This document shows, piece after piece, positions 1 to 12,112 of a stretch of DNA of 64,000 nucleotides (the first letter of the stretch is position 1; each line of letters starts with the position of its first letter). The stretch is taken from the NCBI GenBank assembly GCA_030295235.1, contig AP026124.1, forward strand, positions 248,001 through 312,000, given 5' to 3'. A model generated the notes under the pieces. That model saw only the letters and a program-made list of their open reading frames with translations. It searched no databases and was not told where the DNA came from. Both the position numbers and the translations under genes were made by a program. This DNA comes from Fistulifera solaris (taxonomy: Eukaryota).

Positions 1-1227
1 CTTAGTGGTGTCGCAGATCCGATGGCGATCAAAAACAATTGGATCATGGCACCGTCCTTTGTGAAAGAGAAAGCGGATGTCACACGTGTTGTGACAGTGA
101 TTGACGCGGCCAGTTTCGGAACGGATTACATGTCCTGGGATGAAGCACGCGAGCGAAAAGGTTGGCTCACTCCGAACGAGGAAATGTCACCCGAGGGAAA
201 CCGCAAAGTTGCGGAACTTCTTGCGGAACAAGTCGAGGCAGCGGATATCATCTTACTCAACAAAATTGATCTGGCAGAAAATGAAGAGCAGATCGCCGTG
301 GCGGAGAAGGTAGCGAGAGCGTTGAATGACAAGGCGGAAGTTCGCCGCGTACAATATGGTGTCATTTCTCCTAGCCTCGTCATTAGTGATGGTTCGGAAA
401 ACAAGATTGCGCATGATCATACTCATGATTGTAAAGAACCTGATTGCACCGACAGTAGCCATTCGCATTCACACGATCACGCGTGTGCAGAACCAGACTG
501 CACAGACATTAGCCACTCGCATTCGCACGATCACGCTTGCGCTGAACCAGGATGCACCGACAATAGTCATTCTCATTCCCATGCTCATGATGCTGAAACG
601 TGCAATGATCCGACGTGTACGGAAGACCATTCTCACAGCCACTCGCATACTTCAGTCGACGAGCTTGGCATTGTGAACTTTGTATATAAAGCAACTCGTC
701 CTTTTGATCCTGTTCGTCTCATGAATGTTCTGAACAAGTGGCCTGTTCCGGTAAAAGAAACGTTGGATCTTAATATTTTGAGTGAGGGTTACGAGATCCC
801 TGGCGAGTCTTTCGATGTCGATTCTCCCTTTATCGGAGTTTTGCGCAGCAAGGGTTTTTGCTGGTTTGCACCGAATAAATGGACCGGTGCGAACGAAGAT
901 TCTTGGCGCCATGACACTGCCATGTTCTGGAGTCATGCCGGGAAAAGTTTTACGTTAAGTTCGGCGGGCAAATGGTGGGGAACATTGGATAAGGAAACCA
1001 TGAAAAAGTATTTTGTTTCTAACATGAAAGAGTTTGATCGCATTATCGCGGAAGATTTCCAGACAGAAGAATTCGGTGATCGAAGACAAGAAATCGTTTT
1101 CATTGGAGTCAACTTGGACGAAGAGAAGATCAGAAAAACCATGGACGATTGTTTGCTGTCGGACGATGACATGGAGAAGTACCGCCGAAATCTTCGCAAC
1201 TACCAAGGTACGCTTTTCTCGAAGTAA
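1..1227 (+). CDS. CobW/COG0523 (ZNG1-like) G3E GTPase metallochaperone, 5'-truncated by the window
   Basis: The frame is open from base 1 (LSGVADP, tail of the ExSG motif). It contains VTVIDA, EQVEAADIILLNKIDL (NKxD), a His/Cys-rich insert and a CobW_C-like domain (VLRSKGFCW, FGDRRQEIVFIG). Confidence 0.9.
   Translation, partial: LSGVADPMAIKNNWIMAPSFVKEKADVTRVVTVIDAASFGTDYMSWDEARERKGWLTPNEEMSPEGNRKVAELLAEQVEAADIILLNKIDLAENEEQIAVAEKVARALNDKAEVRRVQYGVISPSLVISDGSENKIAHDHTHDCKEPDCTDSSHSHSHDHACAEPDCTDISHSHSHDHACAEPGCTDNSHSHSHAHDAETCNDPTCTEDHSHSHSHTSVDELGIVNFVYKATRPFDPVRLMNVLNKWPVPVKETLDLNILSEGYEIPGESFDVDSPFIGVLRSKGFCWFAPNKWTGANEDSWRHDTAMFWSHAGKSFTLSSAGKWWGTLDKETMKKYFVSNMKEFDRIIAEDFQTEEFGDRRQEIVFIGVNLDEEKIRKTMDDCLLSDDDMEKYRRNLRNYQGTLFSK
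412..648 (+). repeat. Four in-frame ~54-nt repeats encoding C-x-x-P-x-C-T plus an (HS)n His tract
   Basis: The translation reads CKEPDCTDSSHSHSHDHA / CAEPDCTDISHSHSHDHA / CAEPGCTDNSHSHSHAHD / CNDPTCTEDHSHSHSH. Confidence 0.9.
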
Positions 1228-1706
1228 GGAGAAAGTAAGTCTTAATGTTTAATCGAGCTAATTCTAAGAAACATTAAGCACGGCACCTGGTAAGCTGAGG
1301 CGCATTTAAAATCGAATGGTACCAGGTACCGGTACCACCGTACATACCGTACCGTACTCCTACTAGTAGTTTACGATGTGCTTGCATAAGAAAGTCGGAG
1401 CGGTATCGCGCATTTTATTCGTCTCGTTCCTTCGCATGCGATGGAAACGGCGTTAAATTTTGCCTCGTCGTGGAAGCTACGTAAAATTTTCTACTGGAGG
1501 CAGAATTTTACTGTCCTTTCAAGTCATGCACGTCGTATTCGCACGCGTTAAATCTCACAAGATTGTGTTCGAATTCTACGCGTTGACCTAACTTTTCCCA
1601 TGCTCAAGCGTGTGTTATTAAGTCTTTTTGAATTAAAAACATACTTTGATCCATCCAAAGAGAGACCTTATGAGAATTAGAAGCCTACCATATCCTTTTG
1701 AGCAAA

Positions 1707-3928
1707 ATGACAGCAAACGCTAGTTGCAGTGATGTAACTTTTGCTGTCAATGAATGCTTCAATCTTTGCAACGATTTGCACGAAGAGTTAGATGGCAGCG
1801 GTGAAGCCATCCGCGTCGGAAATTTGACATTTGTCGAAGGAATCCTAGGACGAGGTGCTTATGGTACCGTTCGACTCGCCGTGCGTGACCGAAATTGTCT
1901 ACCAGCGCACACGAAAACCACGCAAACGACGTCGTCTCGTCGGCTGGGTCGAAGCATATCAGCCCCAGCCGGGAAGGATATATTTCGATCAAATTACAAT
2001 GGATGCTCAAGGAAAGTGCAATCATCACCTTTATATGATGATGATAGAATATCCGCTACGCGAACCAGATCTTTCGATTTTGATGATGAATCAGAAGAGG
2101 AAGACTACGTCGCGGTCAAAATATTTCGGAAATCTCAGTTGAAGCGTATGAGGACAATGGAGCGTAACAAAGAAACGAATAAAGTGCAAGTGAGGACGGC
2201 CCTGGAAAAAGTAGAGCGAGAGATTGCTTTGATGAAGAAACTTTCGCATCCGAACTTGGTTAAATTTTTCGAGGCGATCGATTCACCTGATTCGGGACTT
2301 TTATACATGGTTATAGAATACATGCCACTCGGAGAGATCCTCACTTACCAAAACAACGGGACTTTTTAGCAGAAGGGCTCCCCCAGCAGGCATAGCCCAG
2401 ATTCCGGGTATCGCGAATGGTCACTTTGATGAACGTCATGCAGCGCTGTATTTTGTGGACATTTTACATGGGCTAGCCTATCTGCATAATCACCACATCG
2501 TGCATAGAGACCTGAAGCCCGAAAACGTATTGATTGACTCACGTGGAGTTGCACGTTTAAGTGACTTTGGAGTATCACACATGTTTGATGAAGATGAAAC
2601 GTTTTGTCCTAGAGACCACTCAGCTGCTAGCATTAGCAGCAACCACAGTCAGACATCTTCAGCGTCCCTCAGCGTTGACGACTTGAAAAAGAAAACTCGT
2701 AAAGAGTCTTTCAGTGTGGAGTCTGAGTCCGCTTTAAACATGAAGCCGATGGGAAACACTGGATTGATGACAAAAACGGAGGGCACCTGGGCATTCTGGA
2801 GTCCAGAAATGTATGGATGTTCGTCTTTCTCAGGTTATGCCGCCGATATATGGGCAGCAGGAGTCTGTCTTTACATTTTTGTGAGTGGTAGACTGCCGTT
2901 CTATTCTGAAGCCCCGGCGGAACTCATGGACCTGATTAAAGAAGGGACCGTGCCCTACGATGATATTGGAGTCACTAAAGACATGTTAGATCTTTTGAAG
3001 AAGGTTCTAGAAAAGGATCCTTCGAAAAGGGCTGGTGTTGGAGATTGTCTTGGTCATCCTTTATTGGAACGGCCTCGGAAGGAAAGGATCAAGCTTTTAT
3101 CGTTTGAACTAGCTCGTAGTGAGGCAACGAATACAAACGTTTCTGAAAGCGATATTCGCTTGGTACGTCATTGTAGCTTTTATTGGTTTTATCAATGCAT
3201 CGAGGATCGCACTCTCAAGTCTGCTTGTATCTTCAGGCCTTTCGAATTGTCTCAAAAATGCCAGCAGTTCTATTGCGAACTGCAAGCAAGCAGTTACAAG
3301 CAGGTTTCCAAGCAGCCAGGAGCAACTTCTCGTTTGACAGACCAACCACTCCTCGTCGACGGGGTTTGAGTATTCCGGGAGAAGGGGGAAACTCCGACAA
3401 AGAGAGTGAGAATGAAAAGCGAAGTAATCGAAATAACTCTTCAAAGGAATCTTTAAAAAAGAAATCGTTTCAGAGCTTCTTCAAGTCGCCAGCATCACCA
3501 CCAAGGACACCCAAGCAACAAATAACACAGTCCTCATCCATATTTCGTTCAGCAGCGTCAAGTGTTTCTGGGGAATCCGCTGCAAGCCGAATAAAATCCT
3601 TTTTCGCATCGCCAAGCACAGGGACTCGGAGACTTTTAGCGCAAACAGTGGCGGTACTCCGACTAAATCTTCGGAACCCGAACGGCAAAATAAAGTATCG
3701 CGAAGCGTCATATTTCATCGAAAGCAATCGGACATTAGCAATATCAGTGGTAGCTGCGACGAAGCGGAAGGTTCAGGTCAAGATTTTCCGGACTCGAAAC
3801 CTGCATCGAAGAGGCGTCATCGGTCTAGAGTTCCGGCCGTAATAGAAGATAGTTTGGCTTTCATGTTGGATTCCCACGCACACAATAATGATGCTACATA
3901 TGCACGCAATTTACCGGATGCTGAATGA
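1707..3928 (+). CDS. CaMKK/GRIK-like Ser/Thr protein kinase
   Basis: Motifs [48 protein letters not shown] and DIWAAG. There is a frameshift in a T-run near 2364, an intron at ~3163-3237 and a probable second frameshift near 3622. The 3' end is uncertain (3842 or 3928). Confidence 0.82.
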
Positions 3929-4354
3929 ATGACAGAAAATGATTCCAATGGCCAATTTTGAAAGCAGCACCTTTATTTGTTTCCCCATCCAGCCAAGTAT
4001 GGACTGCAATAACTAACAGTATTACTGATTAAGTAATTCAATCTATCTCATCAGCTACTAAGTCTAACCGCAGGTCTTGTCAAAGTTCGTGCGGAGTAAC
4101 ACCTAGAACCTTCCGGGATTGAAATGCACTTGAGTCGGTACCGGTACTTCGGACTTCGGAGTAGCTCGCACAAGCATTTTGTTGGTTGTTTGCGCCGTCG
4201 CTTGTACCGTTTATATAAAAGACCGGGGTTGTGAGCTTTTATTGCAGTGATCCGACTTGTTTTTGGTAGCAATTTGCAGACAAGAAAAAGCCGTGATTTT
4301 ATTGGAGCGGTACTTTGTGCTTTTTGGTGTTCATGCTGGAATATCAACAACTCA

Positions 4355-5124
4355 ATGGGCAGCGAAGAAGTACACAAACGAAAAGGACAAACGGTGAAGC
4401 TTGTCAAAACTGTTTTTGCATTATCACTGTTACGGCGCTATTCATAAAGGGGATACAAATTTTCAAAGATCCACGGAGGAGCAACAAAGACAAGAAGAAT
4501 ACCGAGATCAACCGCGAGTTTATTACCGGGTTACGATCATCTCTACAAGAAGATGAGAGAGGTCCGAAAACGTTACCCATTGTTTGGAGTCAATTACGGA
4601 CTCTTGACGTAATCACAGAGGTCGACAAGCCGGTTGCGGGACGACAACATCCGAATGCAGGTCGGAGAGAGTTTCGTTTTATGGTAGGAGCGGGTGACTG
4701 GACCGGAAAAGCAACAACACCGTCCCATCATCACAAGCCGTTTTCCGTTCGAATTCCTCTCCACGCTACCGTCGCTTTTCAAAATGTGATGAGCAATGTC
4801 ACCATGTTTCGAGCGGTGTATGCGCATGCGTCTGATCCACTCCACGATGCTCCAGCCGTGTATAGACCCTATTTTACACCTCACGACAATGCGAAGCATC
4901 TTATACGGTTTGGCTTTGAAGACAAGAAGGACGACCTGGAGATTGTATCGATTTCTCACGAGCATTGTAACATGGACATGTGGCCGGTGCAATGCGGTCA
5001 CTTCCCTTGGGTGGTGCTGCCACACGGAGCAAACCTTTCTTCTGCACCATCTCCTCAATGGATCATCAATACGAATTTGATTGACGAAGCACTGGACACG
5101 ATTAGTATTTACATGAGAGGGTAG
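4355..5124 (+). CDS. Hypothetical protein, possibly a type II membrane protein
   Basis: A 269-codon open frame. ATG 4355 joins it if one T is restored in the T-run near 4415, giving an N-terminal hydrophobic anchor (VFCIITVTALFI). No family recognised. Confidence 0.4.
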
Positions 5125-6241
5125 TCGAGTTGCTGTAGACACGCCTAGACGGTTTTATGCCCGAGTAAGCGAGAGCGATCCGAAATAGAAGATGGCGAAG
5201 CAAACACGAAACGAAGTGACAGGCGATGAGATTCGGCTATCCTTACTGTATTGACATCATTACGGGATTACGTTGTTTCCTGTATGGAATCATACGTGAA
5301 AGATTGATTATGCGACAGGCTGTGGGTTCTGCTTTCACAAAAAGCGCGTCAAAATTTTGGTTGTGCATTGCGGACTTTATGACGCTTAAAGAGATCTATG
5401 TCGGAAATTGATGGAGCACATGACGGAGTGTCAATTTGTTTTTTTGCTGTAAATACGAAGTGTCGTGAGTCGAATACATTGCCGAAGACAAAGCAAAGTT
5501 CAAATACAATGATTGGCGCGTTGTGACCTGATCCTCTGCTTCAAACTATGTTCCTTTTGTCCTTCACTTACTGAATGAGAGTCACGACACATTTTCGGAG
5601 GGTCCCTATTCTCCCTCATGAAGTTTACGCTTAAGGTTTTATTCTGGTCGAGCTCGCATTAATTTGTTTGAGAGGGGCATCGTAAGACGACGCGAGAGAC
5701 CAAATCAGAACAGACGAGTTTCATTCGAACAATAGATTTTCAGGAATCGCAGAGTTGTTTAGATGAATGGGACTAAGATGGAAGACATCACAGTCATGTT
5801 TGGTGATGTCTTGGTTTGACGTTTGATTTTGATGTGTCCTCTGTTTTGCACCTCGTTGTTGGTGGAAGGACGGGAGGGGAAGAACCTGAATGCTACTTTG
5901 AAAGAAACTGAAGTGAATCCTCAGCACAGAGCGCAACACTAAGAGTGGAGCATAAACTAGCGCGAACAGTAATGATTAATGACTTATGAAGAAGCATACA
6001 TGATTTTTGCGTGCCATGACCGACCATTACTCAAGACGCAAGTGAGTCAAGTGAGTATCACATCGCACGAACACGAAACCGCTTCGGCGCACAGAATCAG
6101 ACAGCATCAGATGGAGGAGCTCCTCTGTCGCCATCACCCACAGCGCGCATCCATCAGTTGTATTAATTTATTATTTTGGTTTAATTATTTGGTTTTGAAA
6201 TGAACAAGTGTTAGCATGTAGGCGTTGTGGTAAACATTTTT

Positions 6242-6817
6242 CATTGTGCTGGGACATATGGGGGACCCTTGCTAGTGCCCGTAACCGCTAACCTATTTCT
6301 AGGATAACTCATATGCACCGCAAGAGCTCCGAAGACGTTAAGCAGATGTCAACAAGCGATCACAAACGCCCATGTATCCGGTTGGGAGCGGAAAGGCGAC
6401 TGTGGCTTTCATAAGCTGCTCAGCGGGTGAACCCCAAACCCCGCTCAACCGTTACCATTGCTTCACCAATCATCGGCGCACACAGTTCTTCGGCACGCCT
6501 CATGGATCCCACAACTCAGGTGAAGAACTTTTCCCAGCACAATGCTCCAGCTGCGTGTTTTCCGGTAAGGCAGGAAGCCTCGCAAAGAGGCAAGCGAATC
6601 GTCGAGACGACACGAGGTTCCCATTTTGCGAGACGACTCCTCCTTCCTCGGGACATACGCACCACAACCCTTCATGCGCTCCGACTGAGTATTCAACCAT
6701 ACGGTCCCAAGCTGTGATCGCAGGCCACAGCTTTGGCAACAACTGAATACGGGGAGGACATCAACCTCTCTCAGTCGCCTTCGAGAGGAGATGTGAGAAG
6801 AAGAAGACGAACGCAGC
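6242..6817 (-). ncRNA. Candidate large structured non-coding RNA of unknown family
   Basis: Nested inverted repeats at 6242-6254/6532-6544 (13 bp, perfect), 6484-6491/6522-6529, 6379-6391/6441-6451, 6550-6556/6811-6817, 6682-6689/6770-6777, 6689-6700/6739-6750 and 6709-6716/6726-6733. GAAA and cUUCGg loops occur on the minus strand. No credible ORF. Confidence 0.55.
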
Positions 6818-7472
6818 GAAAAAAGAGAGAAAGATGTTTGGCGATGCTTCTCCTATCGTAAAATCAAAATATAGTGTGTTCTCACAAACTTCATTTAAAA
6901 TTATATAGAGGAAGCTCTCTAAGTATTCCTGTGCCGAGCAACGGTTTTCTCCAAATATTGGGATCCCACGACCCACGAATGAATGTCACGGTATACACAT
7001 CTGGATATTTTCATTAATGATGAACGCAGCTGCGAGCCCTGCCTGCTCGTATCACACAAGCGGAATACGCGTTTGAAATTCGATTTTCAAAAGGGGAAAA
7101 AGAATGGATGCTAAATCCAATTGGAGGCACTTTGCTTGCCTCAACGATGATGATCGGTGAGAGACGATGATGGATGTTTTTAATTATTTTCTGTGTATTG
7201 ACGATCGATGATGAATGATGATCAGTCTTGTTATTTCAATCGCTCCATTTCAATGTGTAGAATGTTGGCGTGTCTGTTTCTGCTTGTAACGAGTGACGAG
7301 CGACGAGCGGTCGCTGTTACCTGGTACGGTTTTGTTACGTATTATTACGTACTGTTGACGACAATAATGTCGTCGCGACAATCCTTTCCCAATGAATGAA
7401 ATAATATTAACAATAGGCCATCCAGTTGATGATCTAAACATTGATTTCGCGATAAAACATCAAGTTTCAATC

Positions 7473-9549
7473 ATGGATGAACTACCCGTCAAAACCCCAG
7501 CAGCCAGCGATATCTTGGAAAGAGGCTATCACATCATGTCGTCACTTCTTACAAAAGACGAATGTAGGGCTACCGCTTCTCTCGTCGATACATTCTGCCA
7601 GGATATATCCTATCCATCAATCAACAATCCGTCAGAGGAAGGATACGGATCGGGCTGGTTACTTGGTGATCTTCGGGAACTTTTGGCAGATCGAATTTTT
7701 CAACCACTCTATCAATCGAGAGAGCTTATATCATCGAAAGAAGGCTTTGCAATGCACCCAAAAACAACAATTCAGAATAATTCCACAGAGCCATCCGAAG
7801 TAATTCGAGCTGCCGTCATTCTCACAGGGTCTGCCCGAATGTGTTGCAGATCTATCCCCATGCATGAAGAGATCGAACTTTATCCAGGCGATGTACTTTT
7901 ATGGAGGTCGAGTTTGTCGAAAGAAATCAATCTACAGCATGATGATACTTCTGTCCTATTTTATTGCGCCATGATTCCTGCTCCTCATCTTCATACACAG
8001 AATAAGATATTGCAAAAACAAAAACTGGATGCCTATCTGCAACGGAGGACCGGCGATTGTCATCCGGATCGCGAATGTTGGATAGCCGATGAATACCGTG
8101 ACGACCGGCGACACTATTATAGAATGGGTCCACCGCTTTTGACTTTGCGACAAGCGGAATTGTATGGTCTGATTCCCTATCAACGAGACGAGGACGAAAT
8201 TCAAAGAGCTGTCGTACGAGGAATCCGTTTTGTCGACCACTATGAGAATACTCGACCTCGTCTGGCGGTCAAAGATGATGCCCATTTGGAGTTTCTAACA
8301 TTGCCTTCGTCAGCTGATAACAACGGCCTTCTCATGGGACAAGACAAGTATTTGGGTGGTATCGAGTCGCCGTGTGGGAACTATGTTTATGGGGTTCCTG
8401 GTACAGCCCGACAAGTGCTTCGAGTTGAGCTCGCGACAAACCGATTAGATCTCATCGGACCGTTGTTTCCTGGCCCATTCAAGTGGTTACGAGGAGTTCC
8501 TGTACCAGCAACCACCGAGTATCCTGCTGGGTGTTGCATAGCTCTCCCTTGTAATTCTTTGTCTATTTTGAAGATCGTTCCGGACAGGAACGAAGTTTAC
8601 TCGTTTGGCGAATCCGATCTTCGTAAAAACTGCAATATTGACAGTGGTTGGTTCTATCACGGCGGTAATTTTTCTCCGGCAACGGGATTTATCTATGCTA
8701 TTCCAGCCAATGCCAATCGAGTCATGAAATTCAATCCCTACACAGACGAAGTGCAATTTATTGGTCCTGATTTTGGTACAGGGAAACAGAAGTGGTACGG
8801 TGGTATTGAAGGATTGGATGGTAACGTTTACGGCATTCCTCATAACGAAACAGGTCGGTATAGATGTGGTGGATCAGGCGCTCTCTTTTACGCGGTGAGA
8901 CTAACTGACCGTATCTCAAACACTTGCACAGGCGTGCTCAAAATCGATCCCAACACTGACACGGTCGAAATATGGTACCCCGACACACCATTTCCGGAAG
9001 GTCAGTGGAAATGGCACGGAGGATTACGATCGGGACATAAAATATACGGCTTTCCAAACAATGCGGACCAAGTTTTGGTTATTGATTGTCAACTTAGACG
9101 GATCTATACAATAGGAGCGGATCTCAAGTCGGGGCGGCACCGCGATGATAATTGTTACAAATACTTGGGTGGTGCTTTGACGTACGATGACCGCTTCGCT
9201 TATCTTTTTCCGTGCGACGCTGAGCGCGTTTTGAAAATCGATTGCTATTCCGATGAGGTGTCTCCTAATCGGCCCCATCATGACCGATGGTGCGAATAAG
9301 TTTCAAAACGGGTTCGTCGGCCGGGACGGTTGCTTGTACGGTATCCCGCAAAGAGCCCCAGGCGTATTACGGATCGTCCCGAGAGATGACGGAGAAGATC
9401 TAGTTGATATAATAGACTGTGGTATGATGGGAGTGAAGGATAAGTTTGAGGGAGGTGTCATGGGAGCCGATGGATGCATCTACTGCATGCCGTTAAGGGC
9501 AAAAGTTTGTGTCAAGATCGTTCCAGCAACCGAGCGTGTTTTGAACTGA
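7473..9549 (+). CDS. Protein with a degenerate dioxygenase-like N-terminal region and C-terminal GG-x4-G-x-IY-x-IP beta-propeller-type repeats
   Basis: About seven repeats, e.g. KYLGGIESPCGNYVYGVP, KWYGGIEGLDGNVYGIP and KFEGGVMGADGCIYCMP. In-frame intron at ~8854-8931 and a frameshift near 9262. An alternative start exists at 7392. Confidence 0.65.
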
Positions 9550-10216
9550 TTCTCTTTTGCTCAGCATTGGCACATAATACAGATGCCAATCAATTGCATG
9601 CAACAATTAGTTTCATAAGATGCTAGACCAAATTTCATAAAGGATTGGCTAATCAGACGTTTTTATAATTGGCAGAACCCACGCTAAACTACAGAATGAA
9701 GGATTTGCTTGGGAAGCTAAATCTGGCGTCGCCATAGGAGGCTACCAAGTAGAAAAAGAGTGTCGCGGGATTTTCGACCTCATGAAATTCCAATATCCCG
9801 TTCGTTCTGCTAGCCTCTAGTGTAAGCTTTCTGATTAGTTTGCCATGTAAAACGTCGTCTGTGGACCAATGTGTAATCTTGACATCGCCACGACTGCTTT
9901 GCCTAGCCAGATTGCTGACTGTTTCTCAATCTCCGTTCGTTCTGCTCGCTTGGCATGCCATGATTATATTCAGCATCAATTAGCAACACACGCTATGTTT
10001 TAAATACATGCGGATCGTAAAATTCCGTCTTTTACTATAGCCGCAACTGTTGGTTCCCATTTTTCACGACTGCTTTTCAGTCATGAGTCATGAGTGATTG
10101 CATGACGCGGAGACGCCCTGCGTAAATCCGAACTTCGAGTTCGAACGCAATGATGACCATCACAACTTTCGGCGAATTCACTGTTAAATCGGTGCTTCTA
10201 TATTTCACCCAACAAC

Positions 10217-12048
10217 ATGGGTATTTCCTCACTAGTAGGCGCATGCTACTTGCTTGCTACACTTGCAGTCGCAAAGGATATTTCGGGCGGTTACTATGGC
10301 GATCGTAGCATATCTTTGGACGAAGCCCCCGTAGACGTTTCTTCGTGCACCCGCGCCTTGAAAGATCTTTCGATTCATCCCGAACAATCTACGGAGAGCG
10401 TATTCTCCAAAGTGTCTTTTGCCTTACACCGCAGTGGAGATACGGAAGCCTGTGGTGTCGCTCCTCCTTCTGTGACTGCTCTGCAACACGCACTGGCGAG
10501 CCTCGAAAGCTATGATGCCGTCCTGAACAAATATCAAGTAGAATCATTTCTTACGGGATTTTTTGCGGATCGTCTTGGTACAGGGAAGTGCGGGCCGGAG
10601 GAGGGTACTTCTTTGTTTGATTACTGCGATGAGGGACCGGCTCGAACCGTAATTCAACCCGACCACCAGAAATTGGTGCATGTTCCTCACGGCGATTCCA
10701 TGTCCTTGCCTTGTCGTTTTTACACACGAGAAGGAAGACGAATTAGTTCTCTAGAGTTCCTCAAAGAGCTAGCGGATTTAGCAGTGCAAGAGGCTAGTGA
10801 TTGCCCTGACGAAACATGTGGTTTCGCCGCTATTGAGCTGTATGCTGTTCCGGCGGGTCGCATGTTCATGTTTGCTCCGTCGCACGTGGGAGAAGTTTTT
10901 GAGTTGAAGCATGTCAAGGACAGTATTGGGGAGGTCATTACAGTAGAGACTCTTTCGCTGGAACCGCGTGTCTTTGATATTCACAATTTTTTCACAGTAG
11001 AGGAAGCGGATCAACTTTTAATTAAGGCACTTGGTGAAACATCCGAAACATACGGCTTCCATCGCAGTACGACCGGTACCAGCGGGGCGAGTGTCTTCAG
11101 CAAACGTACGTCGGAAAACGCCTGGGATACGCACGGTGTCACGGCTCAGAAGGTGAAGCGCCGCTGCTTTTCGCTGCTTGGAATTGATGAATACGAAGAG
11201 AGCATGTCGGATGGATTACAGATATTGCGATACAATTTAACGAAAGCGTATACCAGCCACTACGATTATTTAGAAGACAAGGCAAACAAGGAACTGTACG
11301 ATTACGATTCCTCGATGAAAGGCGGAAATCGCTTTGCGACTATCCTTTTGTACTTCTCTGATCTCCCCGAAGACGGTGGAGGTGAAACTGTCTTTCCTCG
11401 TGCATGGCCTGTCGGGCTACCGGTGGAGGAGCGCGTTCAGCTTCCTGAAGCGATTAAGCAATTAAGGGCTTCGGGAGAAGCGGATCTTCTGACACCAGGT
11501 TCTTGGGAAGAAGAAATGGTGGCACAATGCCGGACGCGCTTGGTGAGTTCGTTTGAAATTGATCGTTTTATATGACATGTCATTATCTCATATTTATATA
11601 GACTGTCAAACCAAGAAAGACAAGGGCCGTTCTGTTCTATTCACAGTACCCGAACGGCACACTGGATACTTTCTCCTATCATGGAGGATGTCCCGTTCTC
11701 AAAGGAACAAAATTTGCAGCGAATTTATGGACGTGGTCAGCAATCCGACCTGAATTTCCGGGTGCTCCAACCAAGCGAGAGAAAACACCGGAAGAGATTG
11801 AGGAAGAAGCTGCCGCTACTCGGCAAGTACATGCTACTTTCCGCAATAGTGGCAAAGACCCTCGGTTTGATGCATCAACACAGGTCTATTATGAAGATCT
11901 AACCTTTTTCGGAAACTTGGGTCCGAATGATCCACCTGTAGGGGTGAACACGTTCAAAACGCACAAATGGAATATCAAAGTGAATGGCAAAACACTTAAA
12001 AGCTTTGTGATTACGGGAGCCAACGAGAAAGAAGTGTTTGTCATATAG
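10217..12048 (+). CDS. Secretory-pathway prolyl 4-hydroxylase (2OG-Fe(II))
   Basis: Signal peptide, LSLEPRVF, RTSENAW, LQILRY, HYD and NRFATILLY..GGETVFP. After intron 11543-11601 the frame gives AVLFYS, HGGCPVLKGTKFAANLW and stops at 12048. Confidence 0.88.
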
Positions 12049-12112
12049 TTCTGATACGGTAGCGAGCATTGTTCGTGTCCCACACGAGCAACCATTATTC
12101 TTAGAAAACGTA

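Noticed and set aside
6282..6293. TAACCGCTAACC as a telomerase template, making 6242-6544 a plus-strand telomerase RNA
   Set aside because: It would specify TTAGCGG rather than the TTAGGG known from model diatoms. It overlaps a hairpin, I see no adjacent pseudoknot, and most strand evidence favours minus. Revisit only if chromosome ends carry TTAGCGG.
6372..6746. Short overlapping ORFs on both strands
   Set aside because: No recognisable motifs. They are better explained by GC-rich structured non-coding sequence.
9798..9949. 14-bp direct repeat CCGTTCGTTCTGCT
   Set aside because: Only two copies, with no TIR/TSD or other structure. Too little to call.
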